A stretch of DNA of 63,964 nt, filler included, from Choristocarpus tenellus KU-1152 (GCA_964200185.2; 12 parts of 12 records of this genome joined end to end with filler, not necessarily neighbours in it); one strand, 5' to 3'; positions 1 through 13,276 are shown, numbered from the whole stretch's first letter. Notes: generated by a model not told the origin, from the letters alone. A program made the numbers and translations.

Positions 1-19
1 CAAGATACTTTGACCCCGA

Positions 20-775
20 TATTATCTTCGATGGTGCAGGACTCAATTTTTTTCTACCTACATGTATCCCCACAAATCCTGCGAAGGTATACACCCCAGA
101 ATATTTCGAAAAAGTTGACCGATAGACCATACGGCTTGAGTCTATTAAAGAAGGGACAAAGTTGCTAATAGGTTGATGAAATGGTGTGGTAGAGCAAAAA
201 ATGCCGTCTAGCTATTTTCCGTAATGCTACCCTTGAGGTACTCGAATACTGTATCTCGAGAACAATGCAGACAAGATATTAAATCCAAATCCGCATCTCT
301 TTTATTTCCATAGGTGCCCATGGGCATAATGGAAGGCGGCCTTATGCTTGTCTTCCTCAATTATTTCTAAGTGAAATAACCCTGGAGCTAGACCTATGGG
401 AGTGACACAGCTAGAGCCCATTAGCTTGTCAAAGATGCTAGCAAGGTTTCCTAAGCCTCCACTGTCACTGTGTGAGAGATCCTTAAACACCCTGTAATCT
501 GTGCACAATCTCAGGGTCCTGTCCTTATTTTCGTACTGCTAAACCTCTCGCTGCCCATGTAGATTGCCTAGTTATATCGCGTTCCTCCAACTACTTAATG
601 TCCACTTGGATCATTTGAGTCTCTTCAGTTGAAAGGCGTATCTGTTTTGCACTATAGGAAGTACAGTTCTCGGCTACTAGTGATGCATACAACACCCCTC
701 TATAGCATGGGGGAACTCTTTCGGAGATCGCTGAAATCCTCTAGCAAATGTATCGACTGCCTCCGCCCTGGTACC
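20..775 (-). mobile_element. Ty3/Gypsy reverse transcriptase pseudogene (stops and frameshifts)
   Basis: Minus-strand translation gives ...WAARGLAVRK*DRTLRLCTDYR...SDSGGLGNLASIFDKLMGSSC..GLAPGLFHLEI.EEDKHKAAF...RCGFG...RLKPYGLSVNFSK, matching Gypsy RT motifs (RLCxDYR, D..KTAF, L..K). Confidence 0.85.
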
Positions 776-1065
776 AACTGCACAAAGAGAAAATAATATC
801 ACCCCATGATTTAACTAATCATTTTAAGTCTAATAATCCTGTAGATGATATTCATAATAATATTAATCGTATTTGCTACAAGCATCACTGTAAAATATTA
901 ACTGAGCATTGCAACAAGATTAATAGAGGGGAGGTAATCAACCACAACGGACATAAGTTTGATTGCGTTGCTGGATATTTAGAACATTGGAAAGATAATG
1001 TACATCAGTATTGGCAATATGATAAACTATTATATTATTTTGCTCATCACAATTATATTATAATA

Positions 1066-1400
1066 GTTGGGGAGGATCCCGACCCATGACCAGAGGCACC
1101 ACAAACTGCACTGCTTCAAAATACTTAACAACTGGGCCATTTGTTGTATTGCAATTAGTTCTACTGCCTCCAGTCCTATCTTGCTCCTTCCGTTTTGGGT
1201 TCAGCACTCCCAATGCTTGTCGTTCTGTATCCTCCCTCAAATCTTCTGCTGGATCCGTTCCTAAGTTTCTGCCTTGATCTTAGACCCAGCACTTTTCCCG
1301 TAGAGCGTAGATAGACAGGATAGTACAGGTGTACTAGGCGGAATATGTGCAGGTGTATCATTCATTGAGGTTGCCATGTGGAATAACATAATCGAAACCA
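1066..1400 (-). mobile_element. Probable degenerate Gypsy gag region of the same element
   Basis: Minus-strand SAVCGASGHGSGSSP at about 1068-1115 resembles a decayed CX2CX4HX4C knuckle; lies upstream of the RT on the same strand. Confidence 0.4.
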
Positions 1401-1781
1401 AATTTCCGAAAAAGAAGTCTAGCGTCGAAGTTCGAACCCCATACACTCATGCAGGTACCCTCCACATCAGGGTTTCTGACCCACGGGTTTTTCCTTTTAC
1501 ATTGCGATGTAAGCAAGGGGCAGGATAGATAGGCCTAGAACCAATGGGTAACGGTGAATATCACTGAGATTCACATAGTACCTTTTCCCTGCAACCTCCC
1601 CAACATCCTCAGAATCTCGTTACAAATTATTCACCTTCACCAGCCATTTTTGTCTGTACAGAAAGGGTTATGGAGTCTTAAATATGTTTATACAGGGCAT
1701 ATTATGACGCTCTTTCTGTCAACATCAACCCCTTACCCCAGTTGGACGTCTTTGTTGGTCATACCCCCAAAAATCAAATGA

Positions 1782-1861
1782 TGATCGCGGTGGGGTTCGA
1801 ACCCACGCGTTTTCACATTGCGGCCTAAACACAACCCCTTAGACCACTCGGGCACACGATC
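1782..1861 (-). tRNA. tRNA-Leu (anticodon UAG), intronless
   Basis: Reverse complement folds as GATCGTG-TG-CCCGAGTGGTCTAAGGG-G-TTGTG-TTTAGGC-CGCAA-long variable arm-GTGGG-TTCGAAC-CCCAC-CGCGATC-A; all stems pair; T5 Pol III terminator about 8 nt downstream. Confidence 0.93.
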
Positions 1862-3242
1862 ATGTAATTAATGATCAGAGTCTTATTCTTGAACATACTT
1901 TACAATACTATCACACCCCTCCAATAGACAAGATTGACCTCCTCTGCGGCCTTGGTACTTGCCCCATTTGTTAACATGATTGTACCCTTAATGAAGGTGA
2001 ACCTGTTGAGAAGTGATTATCAGAGTGGTATGGGTTGCAATGTAAGGAGTGAGTATGGAACTTGCATTACAGAGGAAGGACATGAGACATTTTTGAAATG
2101 AAAGTGGACTTATTTAGTACACACAAGCCAAAAGAGGAAGAGTAGGAAAAGTATGAAATACAAAAGGAGAGGAAAAACAAACTATTCGTCTCGACTCCTG
2201 TTGACGAGAAAACTTGCAGCCTTCTGGTGACTCCGGTATGATGTCCACAATACAGAAGAAGTCTCACTACTCGATACTACTACTACATTTTGTGTTTTTT
2301 TGGAACCCTATGGTGAAAGAGTAGGATGAAGTCAGGGGTGTGATCTCCACATCCATGATGAGTGCTTGTGACCTGAGGATATCTGACAAACAGTGGGATG
2401 GAAGTGGTAGTAGTAGGATGACTAATGTACGTCATCAGTTGGCATGCCAACAATGCAATAAACTATCAACAGGATGAGATACTTCAAACTAAATGAACAA
2501 AAGTTTGTGAATAATGTGATTAAAAAAACAAAACACAACGCATACCATCACAATTTGAGAAGACGGCAGACCAGTCTTGACAGCAGAGCAGAAGGTACAA
2601 CACGGATATGTATATATATCTACAAGCAAGTCAAGGAAGATCTTTCGGGTACAAGAAGCGATACAACAGTTGCTAGTATAGCACGGCCTGAGATGTACCC
2701 GATGCAGGACACTTAACTTTGTTAACAGGAGAAGCAGGGCAAGCATTCCCTGCTTGTGGAGCGCCTCACAGGGATGTCTGAGTAATTGCCTTAGACGTTC
2801 AACTGCAATTGATAGATGACTCACGAGCTGGACAGACAAGACTGTGAAAATGGGGACAAATGCCCAACTTCATAGCCTCCAAGTACATTTCTGGAGCGGG
2901 TATACTTGCAGGAAATACGCCTTTATAGAGGACATAGTTTTTCTTCCGAGGTTCATGTAGAGTGTGGAGAGAGAGGGGGAGGAAGGGATGGTGAGTATGA
3001 TGGGAGTGTGCTGGGAGTGTGAGTGTGTTCTAAGGGATGTTGGGAATACACATTAGAGATAATGTTTTGTAGTGTTTGTGTTTATAACATATTTCCACTA
3101 CTGAGTATCACCTTACACTTCTCGCCGTGTAACCATCATTAAATATTGCACTCCTGGAGTCATTCCACCGGGAAGACTGGACCTCTTCTTTTGATCAGTG
3201 CCGTCACCATCCTCAATTCCCTCCGCCCTTGCTCAAAGGACT

Positions 3243-3292
3243 TCGCTGCGGAGTTCAAACCCATGCGTTTTCACATTGCGGGCTAAAGACAA
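3243..3292 (-). pseudogene. Truncated copy of the 3' part of tRNA-Leu(UAG)
   Basis: 43/50 identity to 1785-1834; lacks D arm and 5' acceptor strand. Confidence 0.8.
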
Positions 3293-3503
3293 TGTTCGCA
3301 AAAGGAGGTGCTTTGAAGTACTATACACACCGAATGTTGGTATATGTACACATGAAGAAGTAATTACGTACGCAGCAAGATAATGTGTGTAGAACGGTAG
3401 ATTAGTGATGAATCAGGACATTGTAATATACAAATGTTGAAAAGAAGCATTTTAGGAAATGTTTCTATCGGTAATCTATCGAAACTGATTCTTTCGATTA
3501 TCG

Positions 3504-3681
3504 GACTCAAAGTATATAGGGGGCGGGGGCGGCTGTCCGTTTGGGGTCCAATTTTCCATGTTTCAATTTTTGAGTGATTTGGTTGCATGTGTCGGATGGA
3601 TAATGTAAGTGCACATTTCCTGGTCAGGACCCAAATGGACACCCTGCTGTAGACCCCTCCCACACACACATACCTTGACCC
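3504..3681 (-). mobile_element. MITE family B (G-tract TIRs), diverged copy
   Basis: Starts GACTCAAAGTATATAGGGGG, ends CATACCTTGACCC; interior is the reverse complement of 41419-41600. Confidence 0.8.
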
Positions 3682-3880
3682 TCTACCGAAAATGTTTCTA
3701 TGGGTAATCTACCGGAATTGTGTGAATGCGTGATTAGGAAGGCTAGGAACTACTCCCTCATTGTGGATAGGGCTCACTCTTTGCTGCAACTTACGAAGCA
3801 CATTCTACATCATTATCTTTTTGGTAAAGCACCATGCTCTTTGGAAGCGTACGAACACCCAACCCATTAGACCAAGGGCA

Positions 3881-4064
3881 GACCCAAAGTATCTGGGGGG
3901 GTGGGGTCTACACCAGGGTNNNNNNNNNNGTGTCCATTTGGACCAAAATCAGGTAAAGTATATTTACATTATCCATCCGACGTATGCAACCAAATCACAC
4001 AAAAATCGTGATTTGAAAAAATTGACCCCAAACGGACAACCGCCACCCCCCCCCCCAGATACCT
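3881..4064 (+). mobile_element. MITE family B copy (internal N10 gap, right end clipped)
   Basis: GACCCAAAGTATCTGGGGGG...CCCCCCAGATAC; near-identical to 41419-41600. Confidence 0.85.
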
Positions 4065-4327
4065 AACTGTACACAATCTCGAACGTTTCAGAGCTATCAT
4101 TAAATTTATTTCATCTGACCGGAAGTAGAACCCTTGTCTCACTTCCACACAGTCACCATACTGATCTAACCCAGTAGGCCAACTCGTCTGAAACACGGCT
4201 GTGGCAGACAGTGATAGTATTCTTCAGGGTTCTTGTGGAGAGTTGAATGGTGTCTGAAAGAGGGGATCTGACCGTGTCGTGTTGGGTATTCAACACAATT
4301 GCTTTGGCAACAGGTAGCTCCGCCTGT

Positions 4328-4586
4328 GAGACAACGTAAAGTAGAGGTAACCAAAGTTACATTTCAAGGATGCTAGCAAATATGGGCAAAATTCGGCATT
4401 TTTAACAAACGTATATAGGATATTTCCTGAACTGTGTCGGCAAAGTTCCAAATAATAGAGAAGTTAATGCTCTCAAAGCAAACTTAGAACTCCATCGGGA
4501 GAAATAAGGGGGAGTTGCAACAGATTGAAAAACACACACATATGTAAAACACCCCAAACCGGGGTACCTTTCCTTTACTTTGACTC
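4328..4586 (-). mobile_element. MITE family C, diverged copy
   Basis: Ends GGTACCTTTCCTTTACTTTGACTC; homologous to 7805-8064, 20464-20717, 31829-32074, 55648-55874. Confidence 0.7.
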
Positions 4587-4652
4587 TGCAAACTGTTTTC
4601 TTACAGGTGTTTTACTACGTTGCAGTAAATTGGAGTGACTGGATTCCAACAT

Positions 4653-4914
4653 TGGACCCAAAGCATTTATTGGGGTAGGAGTTTTACCCTGTTTGTCTGT
4701 TCGGGGCTTGACTTCCCCCACGGAATTTTTATGCCCTTTTTTGGTTTTCTGGACGAACACAGTTACCTACAATGTACACGACTATGAAAAGTGTGTCCAG
4801 GGCAAGGATATTGACCCTTGCTAACAAACACGATAGTCAAAATCCATTAAAACCTCAACATTAGGTTTATGAACCCGAACCGACGCGGCCCTACCCTTTT
4901 AAATGCTATGGATC
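4653..4914 (+). mobile_element. MITE family A, old degenerate copy
   Basis: Internal blocks CAAGGATATTGAC..., AACAAACACGATAGTCAAAAT and GACGCGGCCCTACCCT are shared with intact copies. Confidence 0.7.
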
Positions 4915-5191
4915 TTGTATACCTCAAGCAGCTCCCACAGCATGTTCAAACTCCAAGTTACACTCTCATTGAGGTTCACCCACCACTAGCTGCTTTGACT
5001 ACGGTAGCACCCCTTCGAAAATCCTCTACAACCCATACTAGCAAACCCTTCAACGTATGCAACTTCCAAAAGTTGCAACTCCCACTGCAAAGTCCCATCG
5101 CCTTCCAATACCACTTCTGGCCGGAAGGGGTGTTAGAGACCCAAAGTATCTGGGGGGGGGGGGGGCGACTGTGCATTTACATTATCCATCC

Positions 5192-5291
5192 NNNNNNNNN
5201 NNNNNNNNNNNNNNNNNNNNNNNNNNNNNNNNNNNTTAATTAATTAANNNNNNNNNNNNNNNNNNNNNNNNNNNNNNNNNNNNNNNNNNNN
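5192..5291. other. Artificial contig spacer N44-TTAATTAATTAA-N44; also at 9167-9266, 13342-13441, 24650-24749, 28808-28907, 33837-33936, 38245-38344, 40903-41002, 51367-51466, 54676-54775, 59782-59881
   Basis: Identical 100-nt block present 11 times; the 12-mer carries stop codons in all six frames. Confidence 0.98.
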
Positions 5292-5308
5292 TCGAGATCA
5301 TTCCCAAC

Positions 5309-5463
5309 AGCTCTAAGTACCTGGGGAGCGGGGGGGATCTACACCAGGGTGTCCATTTGGGCCCTGACCAGGAAACGTGCACTTACATTATGCATCCGAC
5401 GCATGCAACATGGAAAAATTTACCCTGAATGAACAGCCGCCACCCCCCCAGATACTTTGAACC
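5309..5463 (+). mobile_element. MITE family B copy, internally deleted
   Basis: AAGTACCTGGGG...TCTACACCAGGGTGTCCATTTGG...CCCCCAGATACTTTGAACC. Confidence 0.8.
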
Positions 5464-6305
5464 AAACTGATAGGTCACCACAGACTGACCTCTCAACTTT
5501 TAGGTTTTGGTGCTATGCAACCAGTAGAACTCCACCGCAGATGAAAAGTTTACCTGTGGAATGCGAGGACCCTGATCTTTCCAATGCAACACACAACACC
5601 AACATATTGTGAAGTTTGGCTAGTGGTGCAGTGAAGTGTGGAATACAAAACGAAAAATTTCCTCTCTAAAGAAAAAAAAATCGAGTCTCAAAAACCAAGT
5701 TTCTTTTTCTACTGACTAGTCCAGAAACAATAATATGGCCAACTACTTTCTTCCTCCTACTACAGTACTAATACTAATCAAGCACAATACAGTACCGACC
5801 AACTATTCCAATTGTATCACCGCCTCCGTTCATGTCTTGCTTCCCCAACGATAGGTTCAGATATACCACTGTGTGTGTGGTTCTGCAAAAATATCTTTCC
5901 ACCATGTTTGGCAGGCAGGCAGGCAGTAGGTCTCTCATATATATTTTGCGATATAGTGAGGTACAGAACTAGGATAGTGCAGGTAGGTCTACAATTAGCC
6001 ATGTCATCTGAGAGGGTGACTCAATTCAGGTCCTGAGTATTCTGGACTTCTTAAGCCTTTCAGATATCCCATTCCTTCTAAGCTTGAAAGACAGCTGACC
6101 CTCCTGAGGAGACTGTGGTAGTAGAGGAGAAGGGAACAAACAACTTTCGTAAACAAAACAATGTAAGCAAGTATGAAGTTGCCCTCTACAATATTACAAG
6201 CACAGGCTTGTAGCAGAGAACCTTATCAACCACCTCAAAACTCAACGACACCTCTCTCTCAGATAGGACGCGTCAGTCTGAACTATAATTTCTGTGGAAA
6301 TAAGT

Positions 6306-6562
6306 GAGTGAAAGTATCTTAGAGGGTACGATTTTTTCCCTGTTTGTCCATTTGGGGCTTGGCTTCTCATGGGGTTTTTTGTTGCATATTCCTACTCCAA
6401 AAGTTTTTGAATAGGTAAAATGTCTACGTTATGAAAAGGTCTGTCCGGAACAAGGATACTGACACTTCCTACCAAACACGATAGCCAAATTACATCAAAA
6501 TCGCAACGTTGGATTTTGGCCCCCAAATGGACGCGGCCTTGCCCTCTAAGATACTTTGGCTC
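6306..6562 (+). mobile_element. MITE family A (about 258 bp, Sola2-like termini)
   Basis: TIRs GAGTGAAAGTATCTTAGAGGG / CCCTCTAAGATACTTTGGCTC; flanks AGT...AGT. Confidence 0.92.
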
Positions 6563-7101
6563 AGTCTCTTGTCTATTATGCTCAAACTTTGCGAAATACA
6601 TAATGATTCTATTTCAAATAGACACTGAGCTACGAGCGAGAAAATTCGAACAAGTTGTAGGATGATGAGGTACGTTGCTCATATATAGATCAAAAACAAA
6701 GAAAGGAACGTATTTTTTTTAGTCTAAATAGGGCATTAGTATCCTGGAGGTGGTGAGTTTAGTAGGCTCTTTAAAGTGCATGTCACTTATAAAATCATCT
6801 GCCTGGCACTCCTATTCCCATGCCCGAAACGCAGATAAGCCCCCAACAGACGACTAATGTTCCTGTAGAATAGGAGTTCGTCCACACAGGCATGAAATCG
6901 CCGTAGAGGACCAAGAACACATACATGACATGTGCCAGAAGGCCGTCACAGTGACCCCGTACACTCAACAGCACCCCCCTCTGAGATGCTATGACTCAGA
7001 ACTACCCTTCTGTTGTTACTGTGTTTGTTGCATTATCTACTTGTATGTTATCCCTCTGACTGCGGCATCTGCAAAACGCCAGTTGGAATAAAAATATATC
7101 A

Positions 7102-7360
7102 GAGCCAAAGTATCTTAGAGAGTAGAGCCGTGTCCATTTGGAGTTCAAAATCCAATGTTGCAATTTTGATGTAATTTTGGCTATCGCTTTTGCTAGGAAG
7201 TGTCAGTATCCTTGTTCCGGACACACCTTTTCGTAACATACACATTGTACCTACTCCGAAACATTTTGAAGTAGAAAAATACCATAAAAATAAACATGGG
7301 AAGCCAAGCCCCAAATGGACAAAGAGGGCAAAACTCGTACCCTCTAAGGTACTTTCGCTC
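7102..7360 (-). mobile_element. MITE family A
   Basis: TIRs present; 4-bp TSD ATCA. Confidence 0.92.
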
Positions 7361-7804
7361 ATCAATAAAGAGAAGTAGAATGGGTAGTTAAAGTTTGTTC
7401 TTGCTCCAAACTTCAAGTGGGTGTTATTCGAGGTGGAGCCGAGTTTTTTTCTGTGGTGGGGTGGAGCGACTGCTGTTTTCGATTTTTGGCTTTTGCACGC
7501 CGTGTGGGAGCGCAATTATGGAGACCCTCAAACGAATTCCTTGTAGCCGGGTAGTGCAGCTGAGTGAATGGGTAGTTAGCTTCCTGCCATGATTGTTGAC
7601 ATGCCCTGAATTGTTTGATAGTAACCTGCGCGATCTATCCAGCGTTCACTCTTTTTCAGAAGAATGAAAGGTACCTTGACTCGGTGGCATTGATTTCTCC
7701 AGGTTCTACTTCTTCACCCTCTTTGCTTCCATCCAATACCACATACTATCATACATCTGTAGTAGTAATATACTACTTCGAAGAACTACTATAATGTTGA
7801 GGAT

Positions 7805-8064
7805 GAACCAAAGTAAACGAGAGGTACCCGCGATTTGGGCGTTTTGCATTTGAAACCATTTTTTTTCATCTTTAGCGGTTCGTGCTTATCTGTATGGATG
7901 AAGCTAAGATTGCCTTGAGAAGGTCGATTACGTGATTGTTTGAAACGATTCAACACAATTTAGAAATCCCTAAATGCAGTTATTTATACTAAAAAGGTAG
8001 AGGTTACACATTTGTCAGCCATCCTTAAAATGCAATCCTGGGTAACTATCGTTTACTTTGACCT
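7805..8064 (+). mobile_element. MITE family C
   Basis: TIRs GAACCAAAGTAAACGAGAGGTACCC / GGGTAACTATCGTTTACTTTGACC. Confidence 0.85.
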
Positions 8065-8138
8065 GTTATCATTATCAACAGTAATATTGGAGTGTCAATA
8101 CTTCGAGAATTAAAGAACAAGCCTGGAGTGCGTAGGAA

Positions 8139-8175
<37 letters not shown>

Positions 8176-9423
8176 CCAACAATACTACCATCATTAATAC
8201 TACTTTTATGTAACTACTTCGAGAAGTAGACAACAATGTTAACAGATGCAATCCTGAGAAATAAATACCAGTGTTCATACTTGGGTATTCTTCATCATCA
8301 CATAGGAAGATTATCACAACTAATAACAAAAAAATAGGTGCGTACTGCTACCACTTCTACCACTACTCCTACTACAACTATAATTACAACTCCTGCTTGT
8401 TACTTCTTACCGAGTCTGTCTTCCTGGACCATACACAGTACATGATGCATAAATTACATTCATAATTCTGCTATATACTATACATAGAAGATACGTCCTA
8501 CGTGGTACATATTACACTTTTGTACCCCTTAATCAAGGATTATCTATTTGCTTGTGTGAACGAATCATTCTAATCATGACCAAACTTACATACGTACATA
8601 CATACATACGTACATACATACATACGTACGTACGTAAGTATATTACTTACTATTACACAATATGCTGCAACACTACCAAGTAGATAATATGATGGTTAAA
8701 AAATATTCATACATTACATAATAATTACAACTTGGAACTTAAAGAAATCTATGTGAGCGACCTACCATAAAGCAAACTTCACTCCATTATTGATCATGCT
8801 AAACCTTTGCAGTGAGTTATGAACCACCACGACAGTAGTAGTTGAAGTGAACGAATATTTCCATCATCATTGAAATGGCAGCTCTAAGAAAAATAGCAAG
8901 CAGCGACAACGGAGACCACATGACCCAGAAAGAGGTAGACTACGCACCACATACAATCTTCTTCTCTTGCACGCACCTAACAAGTAACAGCGTATTCCCA
9001 AAATTGAGGATGGAGGATACTATGGAGGATGGGTTTGACCCAAAATTGACCGGGGAAAAGTGTTGATATGTTTTTTCTTGTAAATTTTGCGGCACTTTTT
9101 AAGGGCCCCTTCTTCTTGAATGGGAATCCGTGCCGGATGTGGTAGTAGTACAGTGTGTGGGGGGCGNNNNNNNNNNNNNNNNNNNNNNNNNNNNNNNNNN
9201 NNNNNNNNNNTTAATTAATTAANNNNNNNNNNNNNNNNNNNNNNNNNNNNNNNNNNNNNNNNNNNNATATTCCTTCCCCTGTTCTTCCCCCCAGAGGCAG
9301 CCCCGGTAATGCCCCCCCCCCCCCCCCCAGATACTTTGGTCCAAATCGCTATCACCATTGAGACTGCAAGGAGTAGGTCTAGCCTGGGAATAACTGCCAG
9401 GGTTCCTTCGGCCATATACTCAC

Positions 9424-9575
9424 CCTGAGGAGTTGTTGGGCACTGTAACCAGACCACTCAGCATGCGATCAAGGTCCATCAGCTCTCCTAGTATTCTGAG
9501 TGTGTTTGTGAACACGCCTTCATTCATTAAGAAGAAAGTCACCAGCTCAAGACGCTCTTCAATGGTTGCCACATT
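9424..9575 (-). CDS. Exon of a MutS-family protein (MSH4-like, domain III)
   Basis: NVATIEERLELVTFFLMNEGVFTNTLRILGELMDLDRMLSGLVTVP fits the MutS I..RL..V...L....DL[DE]R pattern; GTGAGT donor follows; acceptor AAG inferred. Confidence 0.6.
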
Positions 9576-12500
9576 CTTTTTGGTTGCCATATCCCAGTTG
9601 AGAGGAGGCGATCCATTGAGAGCCATTAGAGGGCGGATAAAATGTTTTGAAGACACACATGAGCTCAGTAGCACGGCCTTGCATAAGGGGGTTGTTGAGT
9701 GGAAGGCAATTTGCATCTTTTTTTTCGTCATGTCAATTTGGGGATCTGTTTTTGGCGATGGCCATACCTTCAGAAAATTCCCAATTTAGTTGAGGAGATG
9801 AACTCTAGTGGCCAGGGAGGTAAGGCGTATTCAAGCAATAATGAATTTGAAACATACAGTCAACTTTTTCGTTTGTGTGCGCATTCTTTAATGTGCACTA
9901 CACTGTTACCCTATCTAAGCACCATGCCTAACCCCAAGTTAACATGTTGTAACGCATAATTGATAAAATTCACTGTAGATTTACAACACTCTATTATCCT
10001 GTTATATGTATTAGAAAAAATGCTATTCCAAGGAAAACATGTATTATGTATAACACACAACAAGAGGAATGGGAGATGCAATTCATTTTGAACCTGGTGT
10101 TCCAGACTTTTTTTGGCAGCAAGGTGAGTATGCAAGAAACCGTTGGCTGTGTAAGCGGGTCTGGTATTAGTTATCAAATTAGGGGTATACTTGTACTTTC
10201 ATATGTAGTTGCGCCAATTTTGGAAATTGGGGATTTATCAAATTTGTTTTCGGTCACCTGCTGCACCTTGTCTCTCCCCCATTCCAAGAATATATGTAGT
10301 ATTGTGGGATATTTAGTAGAAAAATAATTCATGTATATATATATTAGCCTGACACTGTAGTAATGTGGTAAGAATAATACAATACTTGGAGAAATATGGA
10401 ATACAGTAATATACAACAAAACTCAAGTCCACCACCCTTCCTTGCAGAGAAATGAGTCGTATAGATATCTATGGGGGCTTAGTTTTTCTCTCCTCTCCAC
10501 AGCACCATGATTGACCGTTGTCAGAATAGAAAGATTCAATTTATCTTCATTTTGTATGAGTAATCCAAGAGTAATCACCCAACACCATCCCACATAGTAA
10601 TACCTCTGTGTGCGAAAAAAACTTTTGCTTCATCTAGAATGTGGAAGAAACAACCCCAAGTACAGTTCTTGGTGTGTAATGAGAAAGAAAGGTATTCATT
10701 GTTCTGAACAATGCATTTTCTTTGTTTCACTTTAGGTTGGGGAAAACCACGACCTGTGCTTAGAGGCACTATAAACTGCACTTCTTATCTTACTACCTAA
10801 CATTTTCACTAAGGCCAAATTTCACTGCCTGTTCATGCCGTGCTTCTCATATTGGAATAAGCCATTCCACCACTCATGATTCTGCCTCTTGCAATGAATC
10901 TTGTTCAGTACTCACCTGTGCATCACTCCACAACCACTTCCGACTCTTGTCACCTATTTTCGGTTTTCCCACTTTTTCTCTATAACAACAGACAGGAGAG
11001 CACAGATGTGCAATCCTCATTGACCTGTGATTTTAACTTGGGATCATCAAAACGAGATCTAAAATCTGGAGATGAGTGTCTTCAAACCTGCGGAGACCTC
11101 AGAAAGAATGCTGGCCTTTGGCAGCTGACTTGTGGGGGAAAATATGGGCCGGAGCAGAAGCAACTGGTGGTCGTCCCTCCAACCAAAATAATCTTGAGTG
11201 ATTCGGGATTCCAGCTAAAAGGGTGAAGTGTACTTCCAGAGGAATCAGGCTATTGGTACACATTGGGTTTGCGGTGGATGGGGCCAAGCACTTCGTGGAC
11301 ATCTACATACTTCGAAGGCTGATGCAGCCATAGATGCATCACCATGCAATAGTGGCCACACTCGTCATGTTCCTTCCAGCTTGCTTTGTGTTGGAATAGG
11401 GTTTGATGTAGTATATGTTGGTACTGGCGTTGTGACCTTTATGTAGCCGATGGATGCGCCTCCTAGGGTCTTGTGGCCCTTGATGCTGAAACTGAAATTT
11501 GCTTAAAACGGATGCTGGATCTTTTCACATACTCCAATTTATCCTTCTCCTTTCAAAATAAAAATCATATTTTTATATTTTTCTGCATTTTGTTCTTTTC
11601 TACAATCCTGTTTTCGCCATATTTTATTGGTCAAGATTATGTTTTCCTCGGACATGTCAACCACCAATCTACTAATAGTTCACACTGATGCCAGATGGGT
11701 TGAGCATAGTAAACATGTGTGAGAGTGCGATAATAAACTAGTGACAGGTCTACATAATATATTCGTATACTATTTTCCATAGTACCCACCTAAGCAACAT
11801 GGGGATGTAATACATGGGCAAAAATATTTGTATACTTTCATATGCTTGAACCAAAATGCAACCCCCTACGGAGGGTATGCTTGACAAAGATTATCAGCAT
11901 TGTATGTAATGAGTAATTCAATCTAGTTGTAAAGGTCACTGGAGGTACTTTCCAATCTAGTCCAAGAAAGAAATAGACAGCCTTCCAGATCGATTAGTGT
12001 CCAGCAGAATTCCAATACTGAATGACTGTCCTTGCTGGGTTAAAAATACAGTCCTTTCCCCATTCAATTCCCTATGACCAGTCACTGGTATAGTGGGTCT
12101 AAGGTCTTCTGGCAGGGTTTTAAACCAGATTCTTTGCAGAGCTGGCCGTCATGAGATATTGATGCGGCAGACCCAGACCTAAAATGTGGCTTGATCGCCA
12201 CACTTCTGTGTGTTGCCTTTTATGATCCACAAATATAGTCATTTCTTGGAGAACCTTTTTGTCTTTTGTGTGGGGCGAAAGGCAACTCACCCTCTGTACG
12301 AAACCTCACATGAGCCACTAACCCTGCCTTGGCCGTAGGTTGCAACTTTCTCATACGATAGAGACACATTCAACATACCACATAGCATTTGTTTCAAGTT
12401 TTTTTCTAGTTTTTTGTTTGCACTATGCTGGTTATATGTTGTAGGCTATCTTGGTCGAAGAAAGAGCATAAAGAGCATTCTACTGGGCAAGCGCACTAGT

Positions 12501-13276
12501 TTCCTGCCATACAACATGAACCTAGACATATTGATGGGCCATGGCTGGAGAGGGTAAAAATAGTCAAAGATGGGGAGTAAAAAAACTGCAACACGAAAAA
12601 TTCGCACGCTCCATGCTCTATTACTTGTACTGTTTAATGTACATGCTATGTTGTCTGGGCTTAGTGCGGGGGAGAAATCATTGGAGTCGACAGGAAGGTA
12701 GTTGAGGGATTTACTGATTACAACCACAAGTGCTACTCCTGTTATGGTGTTGAGGAAAAGTCTAGTGTACTCATTAGTAAAGGGAAATTGGAATTACTAT
12801 GTTGTCGTCCAGAGAAGAAGAAATACTTGAATCTAATTTGAGCATCGGCAAAAGAGGAAAAATGAAAGGTGGAGTGTTAGAAAAGAAAAGATGGGCAGCA
12901 ATACCCTGCCAATATAATTATTAGAGATAAGTGGATGATGTTTGTTGCAGGATGTTCATATGGGAGACATTGGAGTAGGTGTTTGGCTGGGCTGCATACG
13001 GATTTGAGGTCAAATTTAGAGCAAACGCATCTATAATTTTAGTACATACAAAACTTAACTTTCTATCTCCTGCCAACAACTCTTTCTTCCTTGACAGGAA
13101 CGCTACATTTGTGCCAGTTGGAGAGGGTCAGCAAACCGTGGCAATACTCCAGTATCCCCCCCTCCCATACCATACACTAACTGCATCAGTTGGCTTGATC
13201 GGGTGATTGAGATGAATGATAAAGATCTAATGGGACGGTGATGATGAATTCCTGCAGTCTATTCACAAAAACAAAA

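Noticed and set aside
2354-2388. C/D-box snoRNA-like ATGATGA...CTGA
   Set aside because: Too short, with no terminal stem or recognisable guide.
5236-5247. Recurrent TTAATTAATTAA palindrome as a biological repeat or array
   Set aside because: Always centred in N44 blocks; an artificial linker. Gene neighbourhoods across linkers were therefore not interpreted.
7099-7515. Recurrent ORFs containing DSQNYIKIATLD (also 13940, 22182)
   Set aside because: Chance frames through non-coding MITE family A copies.
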